24,851 nucleotides of DNA. Origin: a virus. Its lineage: Duplodnaviria > Caudoviricetes. Below, one piece after another: positions 16,040 to 24,851 of this stretch. The notes beneath the pieces are model-generated. The model did not search any database, was not told the DNA's origin, and saw nothing but the letters and a program-made list of their open reading frames with translations. The stretch is taken from positions 1 through 24,851 of the IMG/VR virus record IMGVR_UViG_3300043427_000106; one strand, given 5' to 3'. Each line of letters begins with the position of its first letter. The first letter of the stretch is position 1. The position numbers were made by a program, and so were the translations under genes.

Positions 16040-17520
16040 CCATGTACATCCCCATTAAACTTCCACCAGGCATCTACCGCAATGGCACTGAGTACCAAGC
16101 TGCTGGCCGCTGGTATGACGCCAACCTAGTGCGCTGGTACGAGAACACCCTACGGCCTATTGGCGGCTGGCGCAAACGCTCCAGCCAGCAAGTCACTGGC
16201 CTGTGCCGAGGATTTATCAACTGGCGCGACAACAGCGCCACACGGTGGACAGGCATTGGCACGCATTCCAAGCTGTATGCCATGAGCGAGTCCGGCACGA
16301 TCAAGGACATCACGCCAACTGGATTTACGGCTGGCATTGCGGATGCACTTGTGAAAACTGGCTACGGGTACAGCGATTACGGCAAGTTCAGCTATGGTGT
16401 GGCACGCCCTGATCTTGGCTCCATCACGCCAGCCACCACATGGAGCATGGACACATGGGGTGAGTATCTGGTGGCCTGTTCCAACGCTGATGGCAAACTG
16501 TACGAGTGGCAGCTTGGTTTCACCACGCCCACCATTGCCGCAGTCATTGCCAACGCGCCAGAAGACAACAGCGCCTTGCTGGTGACTGCCGAGCGCATTC
16601 TTTTTGCCCTTGGCGCTGATGGCAACCCACGCAAGGTGCAGTGGTGTGACCAAGAGGACAACACGCTTTGGACGCCATCCACCGACAACCTGGCTGGTGA
16701 CTACGAACTGGCCACGCCTGGCACGCTCTTGGCTGGCAAGCGCGTCAAGGGCATCAACTTGCTGTTCACCGATGTGGATGTCCACACGGCTCAGTATGTG
16801 GGCGCTCCATTCGTTTACGGCTTTGAGAAGGCTGGATCGGGCTGCGGCCTGATTTCGGCGCAGGCAGTGGCTGCCATTGACACTGCGGCCATCTGGATGA
16901 GCAAGTCGGGATTTTGGATTTATGACGGTTACGTCAAGCCACTGCCAAGTGATGTGGGTGATTACATCTTTGGCAACATCAACTACAGCCAAGCCAGCAA
17001 GGTCTATGCTGTCCACAACAGCCAGTATGGCGAGATCTGGTGGTACTACCCCAGCAACAGCAGCAACGAGAATGACAGCTACGTCACCTTCAACTACCGG
17101 GAGAACCACTGGAGCGTGGGCACACTGGCGCGTACCGCAGGCACAGACTCTGGGGTGTTCTCACGCCCCATGATGGTGTCGGTGGATGGCTATGTGTATG
17201 AGCATGAGGTGGGTTTTGACTATGACGGTGCGTCTGTCTTTGCCGAGTCTGGACCTGTGCAGATCGGCAACGGTGACAACATCATGAGCGTGCTGCAAGT
17301 AATTCCCGATGAGCAGGCTTTGGGCGAGGCCGTGGTGTCATTTACCACCAGAAACTACCCCACAGGCGCTGAGTTCTCATATGGGCCTTATTCGGCGGCC
17401 AACCCGACCAGTGTGCGTTTTTCTGGCCGCCAGATCAATATGAAGGTGACGGGCGCTGTGTTGGCTGATTGGCGCGTGGGTGTCATGCGCCTTGATGCGG
17501 TGGCTGCTGGCAAGCGATGA
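16036..17520 (+). CDS. Tail nozzle / packaged-DNA stabilisation protein (P22 gp10 / tubular B-like)
   Basis: About 490-aa Trp/Gly-rich beta-propeller-like sequence (VQWCDQE, GCGLIS, WMSKSGFWIYDG, EIWWYYPS) upstream of the ejection genes. Start is GTG 16036 or ATG 16042. Confidence 0.7.
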   Translation: MTMYIPIKLPPGIYRNGTEYQAAGRWYDANLVRWYENTLRPIGGWRKRSSQQVTGLCRGFINWRDNSATRWTGIGTHSKLYAMSESGTIKDITPTGFTAGIADALVKTGYGYSDYGKFSYGVARPDLGSITPATTWSMDTWGEYLVACSNADGKLYEWQLGFTTPTIAAVIANAPEDNSALLVTAERILFALGADGNPRKVQWCDQEDNTLWTPSTDNLAGDYELATPGTLLAGKRVKGINLLFTDVDVHTAQYVGAPFVYGFEKAGSGCGLISAQAVAAIDTAAIWMSKSGFWIYDGYVKPLPSDVGDYIFGNINYSQASKVYAVHNSQYGEIWWYYPSNSSNENDSYVTFNYRENHWSVGTLARTAGTDSGVFSRPMMVSVDGYVYEHEVGFDYDGASVFAESGPVQIGNGDNIMSVLQVIPDEQALGEAVVSFTTRNYPTGAEFSYGPYSAANPTSVRFSGRQINMKVTGAVLADWRVGVMRLDAVAAGKR

Positions 17521-17885
17521 ATGACTTAGAGCAACTGGAGAGACTGCGCCACCATGTGGAGGCGGCATTAGAATACTCTGGAGGCACACACCATTTCGAT
17601 GATGTCGTTGAGATGGTTAAGCAGAACAAATTGCAGCTATGGCCTGCTGTCAATTCTGTGGTGCTGACTGAGATCATTGTCTATCCCAGGCTCAAGAATT
17701 TGCATTACTTCTTGGCTGGTGGCGACCTCGATGAACTCTCACGGATGCGACCGATGATCGAATCCTGGGGCAAATCGATTGGATGCACCAGGGTGTCATT
17801 GGCAGGCCGAAGAGGCTGGGCCAAGACATTTTTGAAGGATGAGGGGTACAGCCCACAGTGGACTGTACTGGCCAAGGAACTTTAG
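17517..17885 (+). CDS. GNAT-fold-like tail assembly protein (position of P22 gp14 / T7 gp13)
   Basis: LHYFLAGG, WGKSIGC.RVSLAGRRGW; syntenic between nozzle and ejection proteins. Confidence 0.6.
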   Translation: MNDLEQLERLRHHVEAALEYSGGTHHFDDVVEMVKQNKLQLWPAVNSVVLTEIIVYPRLKNLHYFLAGGDLDELSRMRPMIESWGKSIGCTRVSLAGRRGWAKTFLKDEGYSPQWTVLAKEL

Positions 17886-17892
17886 GAGATAG

Positions 17893-19056
17893 ATGATGGC
17901 GACAGAACAGCAAATTTTGGCATTCTTGCAAACACCCGGTTTGAGCGATCAGCAGATTGCCACCGAGTTGCAGCGCATTGGCGCAACAGCGCAGCAGGTG
18001 TCGAACGTCACTGGCGTGCCTGTGGACCAAGTGCAAAGCCGAATTGCTGCTGTCGCTCCGGCAGCAGTTGTCTCGGCTCCAGCATTCTCAACTGCTGGCG
18101 AGACACAGCTTTACAACTACTTGCAGACGCCTGGCCTGACCGATGCCCAGATTCGCGCTGAAGTCAATCGTCTTGGCGTGAATGCGCAACAAGTGTCATC
18201 CATGACGGGCGTGCCTGTTGATCAGGTGCAGTCAAGGCTTGGAACTCCAGTGCCAACAGCCGCGCCAACGGCAGCACCCACGGCAGCACCCACGGCAGCA
18301 CCAACCAACTTGGCTCAGTTTGAAAATATGCTGCGCACAACGCCAGGTCTTACTGATGCGCAGATCTTGGCTGAGATGAATCGCTTGGGTGTCAACAGCA
18401 ACCAGGTGGCAAACATCACTGGTATGCCGATCAACCAAATTCAAAACAGGGTCAGCAACCTGCTGCCATTTGAGAATGCCACGCAAGGATTCCAGCAGCA
18501 GTTTGACAATTACACATCCATCCCAATTGGTGCGCAGTACAACCCTGCTGCTGTCGGTGGAACTGGATCGCCTTACAGCCAGATCATGAGCCAGATGCAG
18601 CCAGTGGGTAATCCTTACGCCACAGTCCGAAGCGGCTTGGCCATGGGTGGCTATGACCCAACCATCTACGACCCCAACCTGCTGTCAAATTTTGTGCGGC
18701 AACGTGCTGCTGAATTGGCAGCCGCTGGGATGCCTGCCCCTTTGGGCTTTGATGGCGGTGGTGGTGATGCTGGGATTTCTGATGGCGGCAATGGGATTGG
18801 CGGAAACAGTACAGCAGGCGGAATGAGCAACCAAGGCGAGGGCGGCCCCGATGGTGTTGGTGGGTGGGCTAAAGGCGGCTTGATTGATCGTGTTGCTGGT
18901 AAAAACCCAGCAGGACCAGACGATGGCCAGATCAACGCCCAAGTTGGCGAGTATGTTGTCAAAAAATCTTCTGTCAACAAGTACGGCAAAAGTCTGCTGG
19001 ACAAGGTCAATGAAGGCAAGATTCCAGCCAAAAAAATGAAATCACTTTTGGGTTAA
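17893..19056 (+). CDS. Putative internal virion protein with three helical repeats
   Basis: AGGAG SD; three ~48-aa repeats, a PTAA linker, a Gly-rich tract and a C-terminal AKGG...GEYVV module. Confidence 0.75.
   Translation: MMATEQQILAFLQTPGLSDQQIATELQRIGATAQQVSNVTGVPVDQVQSRIAAVAPAAVVSAPAFSTAGETQLYNYLQTPGLTDAQIRAEVNRLGVNAQQVSSMTGVPVDQVQSRLGTPVPTAAPTAAPTAAPTAAPTNLAQFENMLRTTPGLTDAQILAEMNRLGVNSNQVANITGMPINQIQNRVSNLLPFENATQGFQQQFDNYTSIPIGAQYNPAAVGGTGSPYSQIMSQMQPVGNPYATVRSGLAMGGYDPTIYDPNLLSNFVRQRAAELAAAGMPAPLGFDGGGGDAGISDGGNGIGGNSTAGGMSNQGEGGPDGVGGWAKGGLIDRVAGKNPAGPDDGQINAQVGEYVVKKSSVNKYGKSLLDKVNEGKIPAKKMKSLLG
18253..18306 (+). repeat. 12-nt coding tandem repeat, (PTAA)x4 plus PT
   Basis: ccaacagccgcg ccaacggcagca cccacggcagca cccacggcagca ccaacc. 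Confidence 0.9.
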
Positions 19057-19065
19057 GGAGCAGAT

Positions 19066-20004
19066 ATGTCAAAAGGCGGCGCACCAGATGTCACGACCAA
19101 TGCGGTCGATCCAGACATCAAACAGGCATTTCTTGCCAACTTCCAAAACGCTCAAGGGGTAGCAAGTGCGCTGCCCACGCAGCAGTTTGCTGGCCTCAAC
19201 CCGATGTATCAGGCTGGCGAGGAGGCATTGGTCAACACGGCCTTGGCTGGCCCAGGCATCAGCGGCACTGACCTTGCAGCCCAGATGGCTGCGTATGGCG
19301 GTGTGTACCAGCCAGCCATGCAGACTGCTGGCCAAGCCAACCTTGGCATGACAGGGACAGGCAACATTGCCACCTACATGAACCCATACACCAGCCAAGT
19401 GCGTACCAACGCCTTGGGTGACTTGGAGTCGGCACGCCGAGCAGCCATCCAGCAAACTGGCGAACGCGCAACGCAGGCCCGTGCCTTTGGCGGCTCACGC
19501 CAAGGTGTGGCCGAGGCTTTGACTAACCAAGGGTTTGCCAAGCAAGCGGCCAACTTGGGCACGACACTGAACGAGCAAGCATTCAACCAGGCTGTGCAAA
19601 TGCAGTCGGCTGATTTGGCACGCCAGCAGGCGGCGCAAGCAGCTAACCAGCAAGCAGGTTTACAAGGCGCTCAATTGCGCCTTAGTGGCGCAAGCCAACT
19701 CGGCAGCTTGGCAGCACAGCAGCAGGCATTGCGCCTTGGCGGTGCGCAGGCTGTCATGGGTGCTGGCGGTGCGCGTCAGGCTTTGGACCAGCAGCAGATG
19801 GATGCGATTCGCAACATTGGCTTGCAGCGCCTTGGCATCGTGCAGTCCTCATTGGGCGCAAGCCCTGCCAACCTTGGCGGCACAGTGTCCACACCAACTT
19901 ACAGCAACCCAGCCTCTGGCGCACTTGGCGGTGCATTGGCTGGTGGCCAAATGTTTGGCCCGTACGGCGCAGTTGCTGGCGGCATTCTTGGCTTGCTGGG
20001 TTAA
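19066..20004 (+). CDS. Putative DNA ejection/pilot protein
   Basis: AAGGAG SD; Gln/Ala/Gly-rich, YMNPY and AFGGSRQ motifs, C-terminal glycine-zipper (GALGGALAGG...GAVAGGILGLLG). Confidence 0.7.
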   Translation: MSKGGAPDVTTNAVDPDIKQAFLANFQNAQGVASALPTQQFAGLNPMYQAGEEALVNTALAGPGISGTDLAAQMAAYGGVYQPAMQTAGQANLGMTGTGNIATYMNPYTSQVRTNALGDLESARRAAIQQTGERATQARAFGGSRQGVAEALTNQGFAKQAANLGTTLNEQAFNQAVQMQSADLARQQAAQAANQQAGLQGAQLRLSGASQLGSLAAQQQALRLGGAQAVMGAGGARQALDQQQMDAIRNIGLQRLGIVQSSLGASPANLGGTVSTPTYSNPASGALGGALAGGQMFGPYGAVAGGILGLLG

Positions 20005-20014
20005 GGAGTAGGAC

Positions 20015-21409
20015 ATGGCATTTGACTTCATGAATATGTTTGCCCCTCGCGGCACACCATCAGGGCTTGATGCTCTTTTGAGTGCAGATCAGCGCAAACT
20101 GATGGGCCGCAATGCGAACCTGTCGGCAGCGGCTGCGCTGCTTGCAGCCAGTGGCCCCAGCCGCCAACGTGTTGGCCTTGGCCAAGCCCTTGGCTCGGCT
20201 TTGCAGGCTGGACAGCAAGGCTACCAACAAGCCCGTGCCGGATCTTTGCAAGACCTGCTGCTGGGTGAGAAGCTGAAGGAGGCGCAGGCAGCGCGTCAAG
20301 TGCAGCAGCAAGTGGCTGGCGCATTGACTGCGCAGCCATCAGTGCTGACGCCAGAGCAGCAAGCATTGGCGGCTCCTGGTGGCCAAGTCGGCCCCACGAT
20401 GCAGCGTGCCGAGATGGCCGCAGCCATGCCGCAAATGACGCCCAACCAGATCAAGGCAACCCAATACCAAAACGCTGCCGACATCTTGGCGGCTGCCGGC
20501 CGGGTTACCGATGCTGAAAAATATCAGTCCATGGCCGAGAAGTTGAATCCCCGTGCCGAGGTTGTGGGCCAACCTTTTGAGGTGACTGACGCCACCGGCA
20601 AGCCGATTCTGGTGCAGCAGTTCAAAGACGGTAAGTTGCAAACAGCCGCTGGCTTTGGTCCCAAGCGTGAAGTCGTGTTGCAAAACTTGAACAATCAAGT
20701 GGTGGCAATTGACAAATCAAAGCTAAGAGGCAATGAGACTTTTGCAGTTGGTATGTCGCCAAGTGAGGCGGCCAATTTGCGCATTGCTCAAGGTAACTTG
20801 GCTGTGGCTCAAGGCGGTTTGGCTTTGCGTGGCCAAGAGTTTGCGCGTGGTGCGTTTGATCGGGTTGATACTGCTGAAGGCATGATGTTTGTGCCGAAGA
20901 CGCCAGGCGCTGCGGCCATGCCAGTCTTGGGGCCAGATGGCAAGCCAGTAAAGGGCGCATCTGGCGGCCAGCCAACTGGAGAAGAGCGCAAAGCAGCAAC
21001 ACTGCTGTCAAGGATGCAGCTTGCGCAAACCCAAATGGATCAAGGCGCAAAGGGTATGCCTGGATTCTTGACTTCTGTCACGCCTCGATTGGCTTTGCCA
21101 GAAGAGCGTAAGAAAGTTGAAGATGCGCAGATGGATTTCTTGGACGCAGCACTGACACTTGCAACTGGCGCGGCATATACAGAGTTCCAACTCAAGGGTG
21201 CAATGCAATCGTATTTCCCCAAGTTTGGCGATTCTCCAGATGTCCTTGCCGACAAAGAATTGCGGCGTCAAAATCTGTTGGAAGCTGCAAGGCTTTCAGC
21301 AGGCCGCATGGGTGGATCAGTTCCAGCATTGCCAGCAGCAAATGCCCCACAACGTGGCGGCGCTGGCAATAATCGTCCTTCCTTGAACAACATCTTTGGA
21401 GTTCAGTAA
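20015..21409 (+). CDS. Putative DNA ejection / internal virion protein
   Basis: AAGGAG SD; Ala/Gln-rich; C-terminal TGAAY..Q...YFP.FGDSP module; TAATG overlap with the next gene. Confidence 0.7.
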   Translation: MAFDFMNMFAPRGTPSGLDALLSADQRKLMGRNANLSAAAALLAASGPSRQRVGLGQALGSALQAGQQGYQQARAGSLQDLLLGEKLKEAQAARQVQQQVAGALTAQPSVLTPEQQALAAPGGQVGPTMQRAEMAAAMPQMTPNQIKATQYQNAADILAAAGRVTDAEKYQSMAEKLNPRAEVVGQPFEVTDATGKPILVQQFKDGKLQTAAGFGPKREVVLQNLNNQVVAIDKSKLRGNETFAVGMSPSEAANLRIAQGNLAVAQGGLALRGQEFARGAFDRVDTAEGMMFVPKTPGAAAMPVLGPDGKPVKGASGGQPTGEERKAATLLSRMQLAQTQMDQGAKGMPGFLTSVTPRLALPEERKKVEDAQMDFLDAALTLATGAAYTEFQLKGAMQSYFPKFGDSPDVLADKELRRQNLLEAARLSAGRMGGSVPALPAANAPQRGGAGNNRPSLNNIFGVQ

Positions 21410-23496
21410 TGTCAGAAATTCAGGACAAGATCAAGCAAGCAAAAAAGGCTGGCTACAAGGATGACGAGATTGTCCAATTTCTGGCGCAGATGCCAGATGT
21501 TGGAGCGCAAGTCACAACTGCGCTGGATAACAACTACAAGCCCAGCGAGATTCTGAAGTTCTTGGGGCAGTCCCTTGCTTATCGTGAAGGCACGCAAAAA
21601 TCCACCACGCAGCGCGGTGTTGTTGCGGCTTTACAAGGCCCGACATTTGGGTTTTTTGACGAGTTGGCTGGCGCTGTCAGCGCACCATTTCTTGCAGCAC
21701 AGCAAAACATCCCACTTGGTCAAGCGTATCGCCAAGGCCGAGATGTTGTTCGTGGTCAAACAGAATCGTTTGAAGCAGAGCGCCCATTCACTGCGGCTGG
21801 CTTGCAGATTGCAGCCAGCGGCCCCATGGCGCTGCTCAAAGCCCCAACCGCTGTTGGCCGTGCCATCATGCCAACCATCACCAGCGCAGCCCCAAGCATT
21901 GCGCCAACGGTGCAGGCAGCAGGCCGGTATTTGACAGGCGCACCAGCCACTGGTCAGGTCATGGGCCTTGGTCAACGCGCAGCCCAGGCTGGCGCATCCG
22001 GCGCTGGCTACGGTTTTGTCGGTGGTGTTGGGTCATCTACAGCAGACAACCCATTAGATGTGCTGTCTGATGCGGCCACAAGTGCTGTGTTTGGCAGCGC
22101 CTTGGGTGCTGCCACCCAACCCGTGCAAAGCGTTTTAGGCGCTGGTGGGCGGCAAGTCATGGCTCGGGTATCACCCACAGCCGCTGGCACTTATGCCCAG
22201 CAAAAAGTTGCAGAGTCGCTGATTCGTGATGTGCCACAGGATCTGTCTTCCAGTGCATTGACCATGGCGCAGCGCAGATTGACACGCCTTGGCCCAGAGG
22301 CACGCATTGCCGATGTGGGTGGCAAGTCCACACGCAACCTGCTGGATGTGCAGGCAACACTGCCAGGAACAACCGCAGAGGCTGCTGAACGCGCCATTCG
22401 TGAACGACAGTCTGGGCGTGCTGGTCGATTGATGACATCTGCCGATGAGGCTCTAGGCACTCAAGGCGCACAATATTTGGCCAAGCTGGAGGATTTCAGC
22501 ACGCAACGTTTCAATGAGTCGCGTCCATATTACGCAGCAGTTGACAAAGCCACTGCCAAAGTCGATGACGCTGTTTCCGATGTCTTGAACAAATCACAGG
22601 CTGTGCAACGAGATGCCGAATTGCTGTTCAAAACTAAAACAGGCCAAACCATTGATCTGTCTCAATTGCAGCCTGGTCAGACCGTGCCCATGAATGTGCT
22701 GGATTCATTGAAGCAATCCTTGTATGACGCATCTCAATCATTGCGGCGCAGTGGCAGCAATGAGCAGGCCAACGCATATGACCAAGTGCGCCTGAAGCTG
22801 ATTGGTGAATTGGAAAAACAGTCACCAAAAATCGGCGGTCAGTCTGCATACACCATGGCGCTCAAGACTTGGGCTGGCCCATCGCAAATGATGGATGCTG
22901 CGGAGGTTGGCCGCAGCGTGATGCGTGGAGATATTCTGGACGTACAGCAAGCCACCAAAGGCTTGTCGCCATCCGAGATTGATGCCTTCCGGATTGGTGC
23001 GCTGCAAGCCTTGCGCCAAAGCACAGGCACAGAGGCTGGCCAAACATCGCTGCTCAAAATGTGGAAAGAGCCAGCAACGCAAGAGCGTTTGAAGGCCGCA
23101 TTTGGCAATGACTATCGCACCTTTGCTGCATCTGTTGCAAAGGAAGCACGCCTGAAGGGTTTAGAGTCCACTGGCCGTGGAAGTCAAACCGCTGCACGCC
23201 TGGCTGGCGCTGCTGATCTGGATGTTGCTCCAATCACCCAAACAGCAGGCGCTGTCGCATCTGGAAATCTTCCAGCCATCGTGACAGCCGCAGCCAACTT
23301 GGCTCGACAAACACAAACCCCAGAGGCTGTGCGAAACGAGATTGGCCGCATCTTGCTGTCGCGTGATCCAAGAGAACTCCAGAAGTTGTCCGAGATCGTC
23401 CGACAAGTCAATGCGTCACGCTCTAGGGCAGCAGGTGTTGCAGGCTTTGGTGCTGGTCAAATCGGCGCTCAGTCAACTGGATTGCTTGGCGACTGA
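21409..23496 (+). CDS. Putative large DNA ejection / internal virion protein
   Basis: GYKDDEI and NYKPSEI N-terminal repeats, QGPTFGFFDE motif, glycine-zipper segments; last gene of the structural arm. Confidence 0.72.
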   Translation: MSEIQDKIKQAKKAGYKDDEIVQFLAQMPDVGAQVTTALDNNYKPSEILKFLGQSLAYREGTQKSTTQRGVVAALQGPTFGFFDELAGAVSAPFLAAQQNIPLGQAYRQGRDVVRGQTESFEAERPFTAAGLQIAASGPMALLKAPTAVGRAIMPTITSAAPSIAPTVQAAGRYLTGAPATGQVMGLGQRAAQAGASGAGYGFVGGVGSSTADNPLDVLSDAATSAVFGSALGAATQPVQSVLGAGGRQVMARVSPTAAGTYAQQKVAESLIRDVPQDLSSSALTMAQRRLTRLGPEARIADVGGKSTRNLLDVQATLPGTTAEAAERAIRERQSGRAGRLMTSADEALGTQGAQYLAKLEDFSTQRFNESRPYYAAVDKATAKVDDAVSDVLNKSQAVQRDAELLFKTKTGQTIDLSQLQPGQTVPMNVLDSLKQSLYDASQSLRRSGSNEQANAYDQVRLKLIGELEKQSPKIGGQSAYTMALKTWAGPSQMMDAAEVGRSVMRGDILDVQQATKGLSPSEIDAFRIGALQALRQSTGTEAGQTSLLKMWKEPATQERLKAAFGNDYRTFAASVAKEARLKGLESTGRGSQTAARLAGAADLDVAPITQTAGAVASGNLPAIVTAAANLARQTQTPEAVRNEIGRILLSRDPRELQKLSEIVRQVNASRSRAAGVAGFGAGQIGAQSTGLLGD

Positions 23497-23883
23497 CCCA
23501 AAAAACGCAGCAACAAGCGGATCACGTTTCACGACCCGTCTTTGTTGTCTGCGCCTGGCGTCCTTGAAAGCCTTGTCCTCCACCGTCAGCTTCTCACGGT
23601 ACTCCTGCACCCGCTGAGTGCTGGTGCGGCCTGTTGGCGCTGGCTTTGGCGCATCAGTGCCAGCGCCCATTCGGTACTGAGGCCGCCAGCGGTAGCTGTC
23701 ACCGGCAGGCACCCAGCCAGCAATGTGCACCAGCCCCTGCGCGTGCAAGTCTTGCAGCCTGCGCTGCACCACCCGGCGATTGCTGAACACAATGTCCATC
23801 AGTTCCCTGTCGCACCGTGGCCGCCCATCGGCCAGGGCGATCAGCAGGCTGGGCAGCACCCGAGGCTTGAGGCCAGCCTTCAT
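23473..23883 (-). CDS. Basic HTH/winged-helix-like hypothetical protein
   Basis: ATG 23883 overlaps the upstream stop (ATGA). DRELMDIV..NRRVVQRRLQDLHAQGLVHIAGW resembles a winged helix. Confidence 0.7.
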   Translation of the reverse strand: MKAGLKPRVLPSLLIALADGRPRCDRELMDIVFSNRRVVQRRLQDLHAQGLVHIAGWVPAGDSYRWRPQYRMGAGTDAPKPAPTGRTSTQRVQEYREKLTVEDKAFKDARRRQQRRVVKRDPLVAAFFGSVAKQSS

Positions 23884-24185
23884 TTGCCACACTCCTCGGC
23901 AGCCTTGGCCCGCTGCTCCAGCGCCAGCAAGAACAGCACGCAGCACCCAGCGTGCGCCATGTGCGACAGCCCTGTCTCTGGGTCGTGCTGCTGCCCCTGC
24001 GCATATGCAGCCATGTGCCTAAACGCTGCGGCCATGTAACGGGTCTTTCCATTGGCCACCAGCTTCCAGTTGTCGCGTGCGTATTTCTTTGCGCCAAGGT
24101 CCAAGACCTTGACGATCTCCTCAACACTGCCCCACGGCAGCAGCGTGTAATCTGGCTTTTCTTGGTCGAACTTCATGCCGGTCAT
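23880..24185 (-). CDS. dATP/dGTP diphosphohydrolase domain protein (DUF5664-like)
   Basis: GMKFDQEKPDYTLLP, GAKKYARDNW, AAFRH and DPETGLSHMAHA. GGAG SD, and ATG 24185 overlaps the MTase stop. Confidence 0.85.
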   Translation of the reverse strand: MTGMKFDQEKPDYTLLPWGSVEEIVKVLDLGAKKYARDNWKLVANGKTRYMAAAFRHMAAYAQGQQHDPETGLSHMAHAGCCVLFLLALEQRAKAAEECGK

Positions 24186-24851
24186 TTCAAATTCTCCTGA
24201 ATACGTTGTCCAATCCACCGAACATTTGGCACAGCCCATGAGTTGCCCAATGCCTTGTACCGAGGCCCATCTGGTGACTCATCTTTTTTGCGCCAAGGGA
24301 TGTTGGTGTAGTTATCGGGAAAGCCTTGAAGGCGCTCACACTCAACAGGTGTCAGGCGGCGCACAGCCATTGGTTGAGCAATTGCTTGCGGCTGCCCACG
24401 GCTGTCCATGCAGTATGCAGACCCGTCCAGCAAATACTCTTTGCCCTGCGGCCCAGCCTCTGGGGCGCGGCCTATGCAGTGAGGATGGATGCTGATAGGC
24501 TCAACCACATAAGCCTTTGTATCTGGCGCATGGTGTGAGCCACTGCAAGTGTTTAAGGCTGGAGAAATCACAGGCACTAAATGCTCATCGTCTCCAGACA
24601 TTCCACCCTCACCGGGTCGCCTAGTTCTCAAAGTCTGAACTGTAGACGCAAGAACAAACAAAGGGCATCCAGCATTAACGTGCTGGTCTTCCAGCCCTTG
24701 CTTTGTTCCAAATGTGGTGTCCAGAGTGCTGCTTACTTCTGCTGGCCAGCTACGCTTTGAAGCGCCATCTCCAATGCCTCCGGCAGATTCTTCCCTCGCC
24801 TTTCTGCTCGGCGCAGTATCCCTGCGCACGCTGTCGAACTCAAAAAGAACC
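24182..24851 (-). CDS. C5-cytosine DNA methyltransferase, C-terminal part (5' end outside the window)
   Basis: Motif IX RRLTPVECERLQGFPD and motif X RYKALGNSWAVP; the frame is open to the window edge. Confidence 0.9.
   Translation of the reverse strand, partial: VLFEFDSVRRDTAPSRKAREESAGGIGDGASKRSWPAEVSSTLDTTFGTKQGLEDQHVNAGCPLFVLASTVQTLRTRRPGEGGMSGDDEHLVPVISPALNTCSGSHHAPDTKAYVVEPISIHPHCIGRAPEAGPQGKEYLLDGSAYCMDSRGQPQAIAQPMAVRRLTPVECERLQGFPDNYTNIPWRKKDESPDGPRYKALGNSWAVPNVRWIGQRIQENLK

Noticed and set aside
1-24851. tRNA, rRNA, integrase/att site or IS element
   Set aside because: Coding density is near complete with very short intergenic gaps, and I recognised no such features by eye.

Overview
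This window is the almost complete virion-morphogenesis arm of a tailed dsDNA phage with podovirus-type architecture: P22-like portal, no tape-measure gene, and large ejection proteins. A betaproteobacterial host is my inference only. The + strand runs: hypothetical, terminase large subunit, Cys-rich protein, small basic protein, GT-A glycosyltransferase, SAM methyltransferase, portal, small coiled-coil protein, scaffold, major capsid protein, intrinsic terminator, hypothetical, second GT-A glycosyltransferase, head-tail adaptor, tail/fibre proteins, HNH endonuclease, small tail-associated proteins, lysis cassette, further tail proteins, and four ejection/internal proteins. The last 1.4 kb holds convergent minus-strand genes: an HTH-like protein, a DUF5664-like dATP/dGTP diphosphohydrolase and a partial C5-cytosine methyltransferase. 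Two things stand out. (1) An HNH endonuclease cassette appears to have inserted into codon 23 of a tail-associated gene and repaired it by bringing its own RBS and a recoded copy of the N-terminus, leaving the original 22 codons stranded as a mini-ORF. (2) Two glycosyltransferases and a methyltransferase are tightly coupled into the head operon, a candidate virion-glycosylation system. All family calls come from motif recognition by eye, not from database searches.
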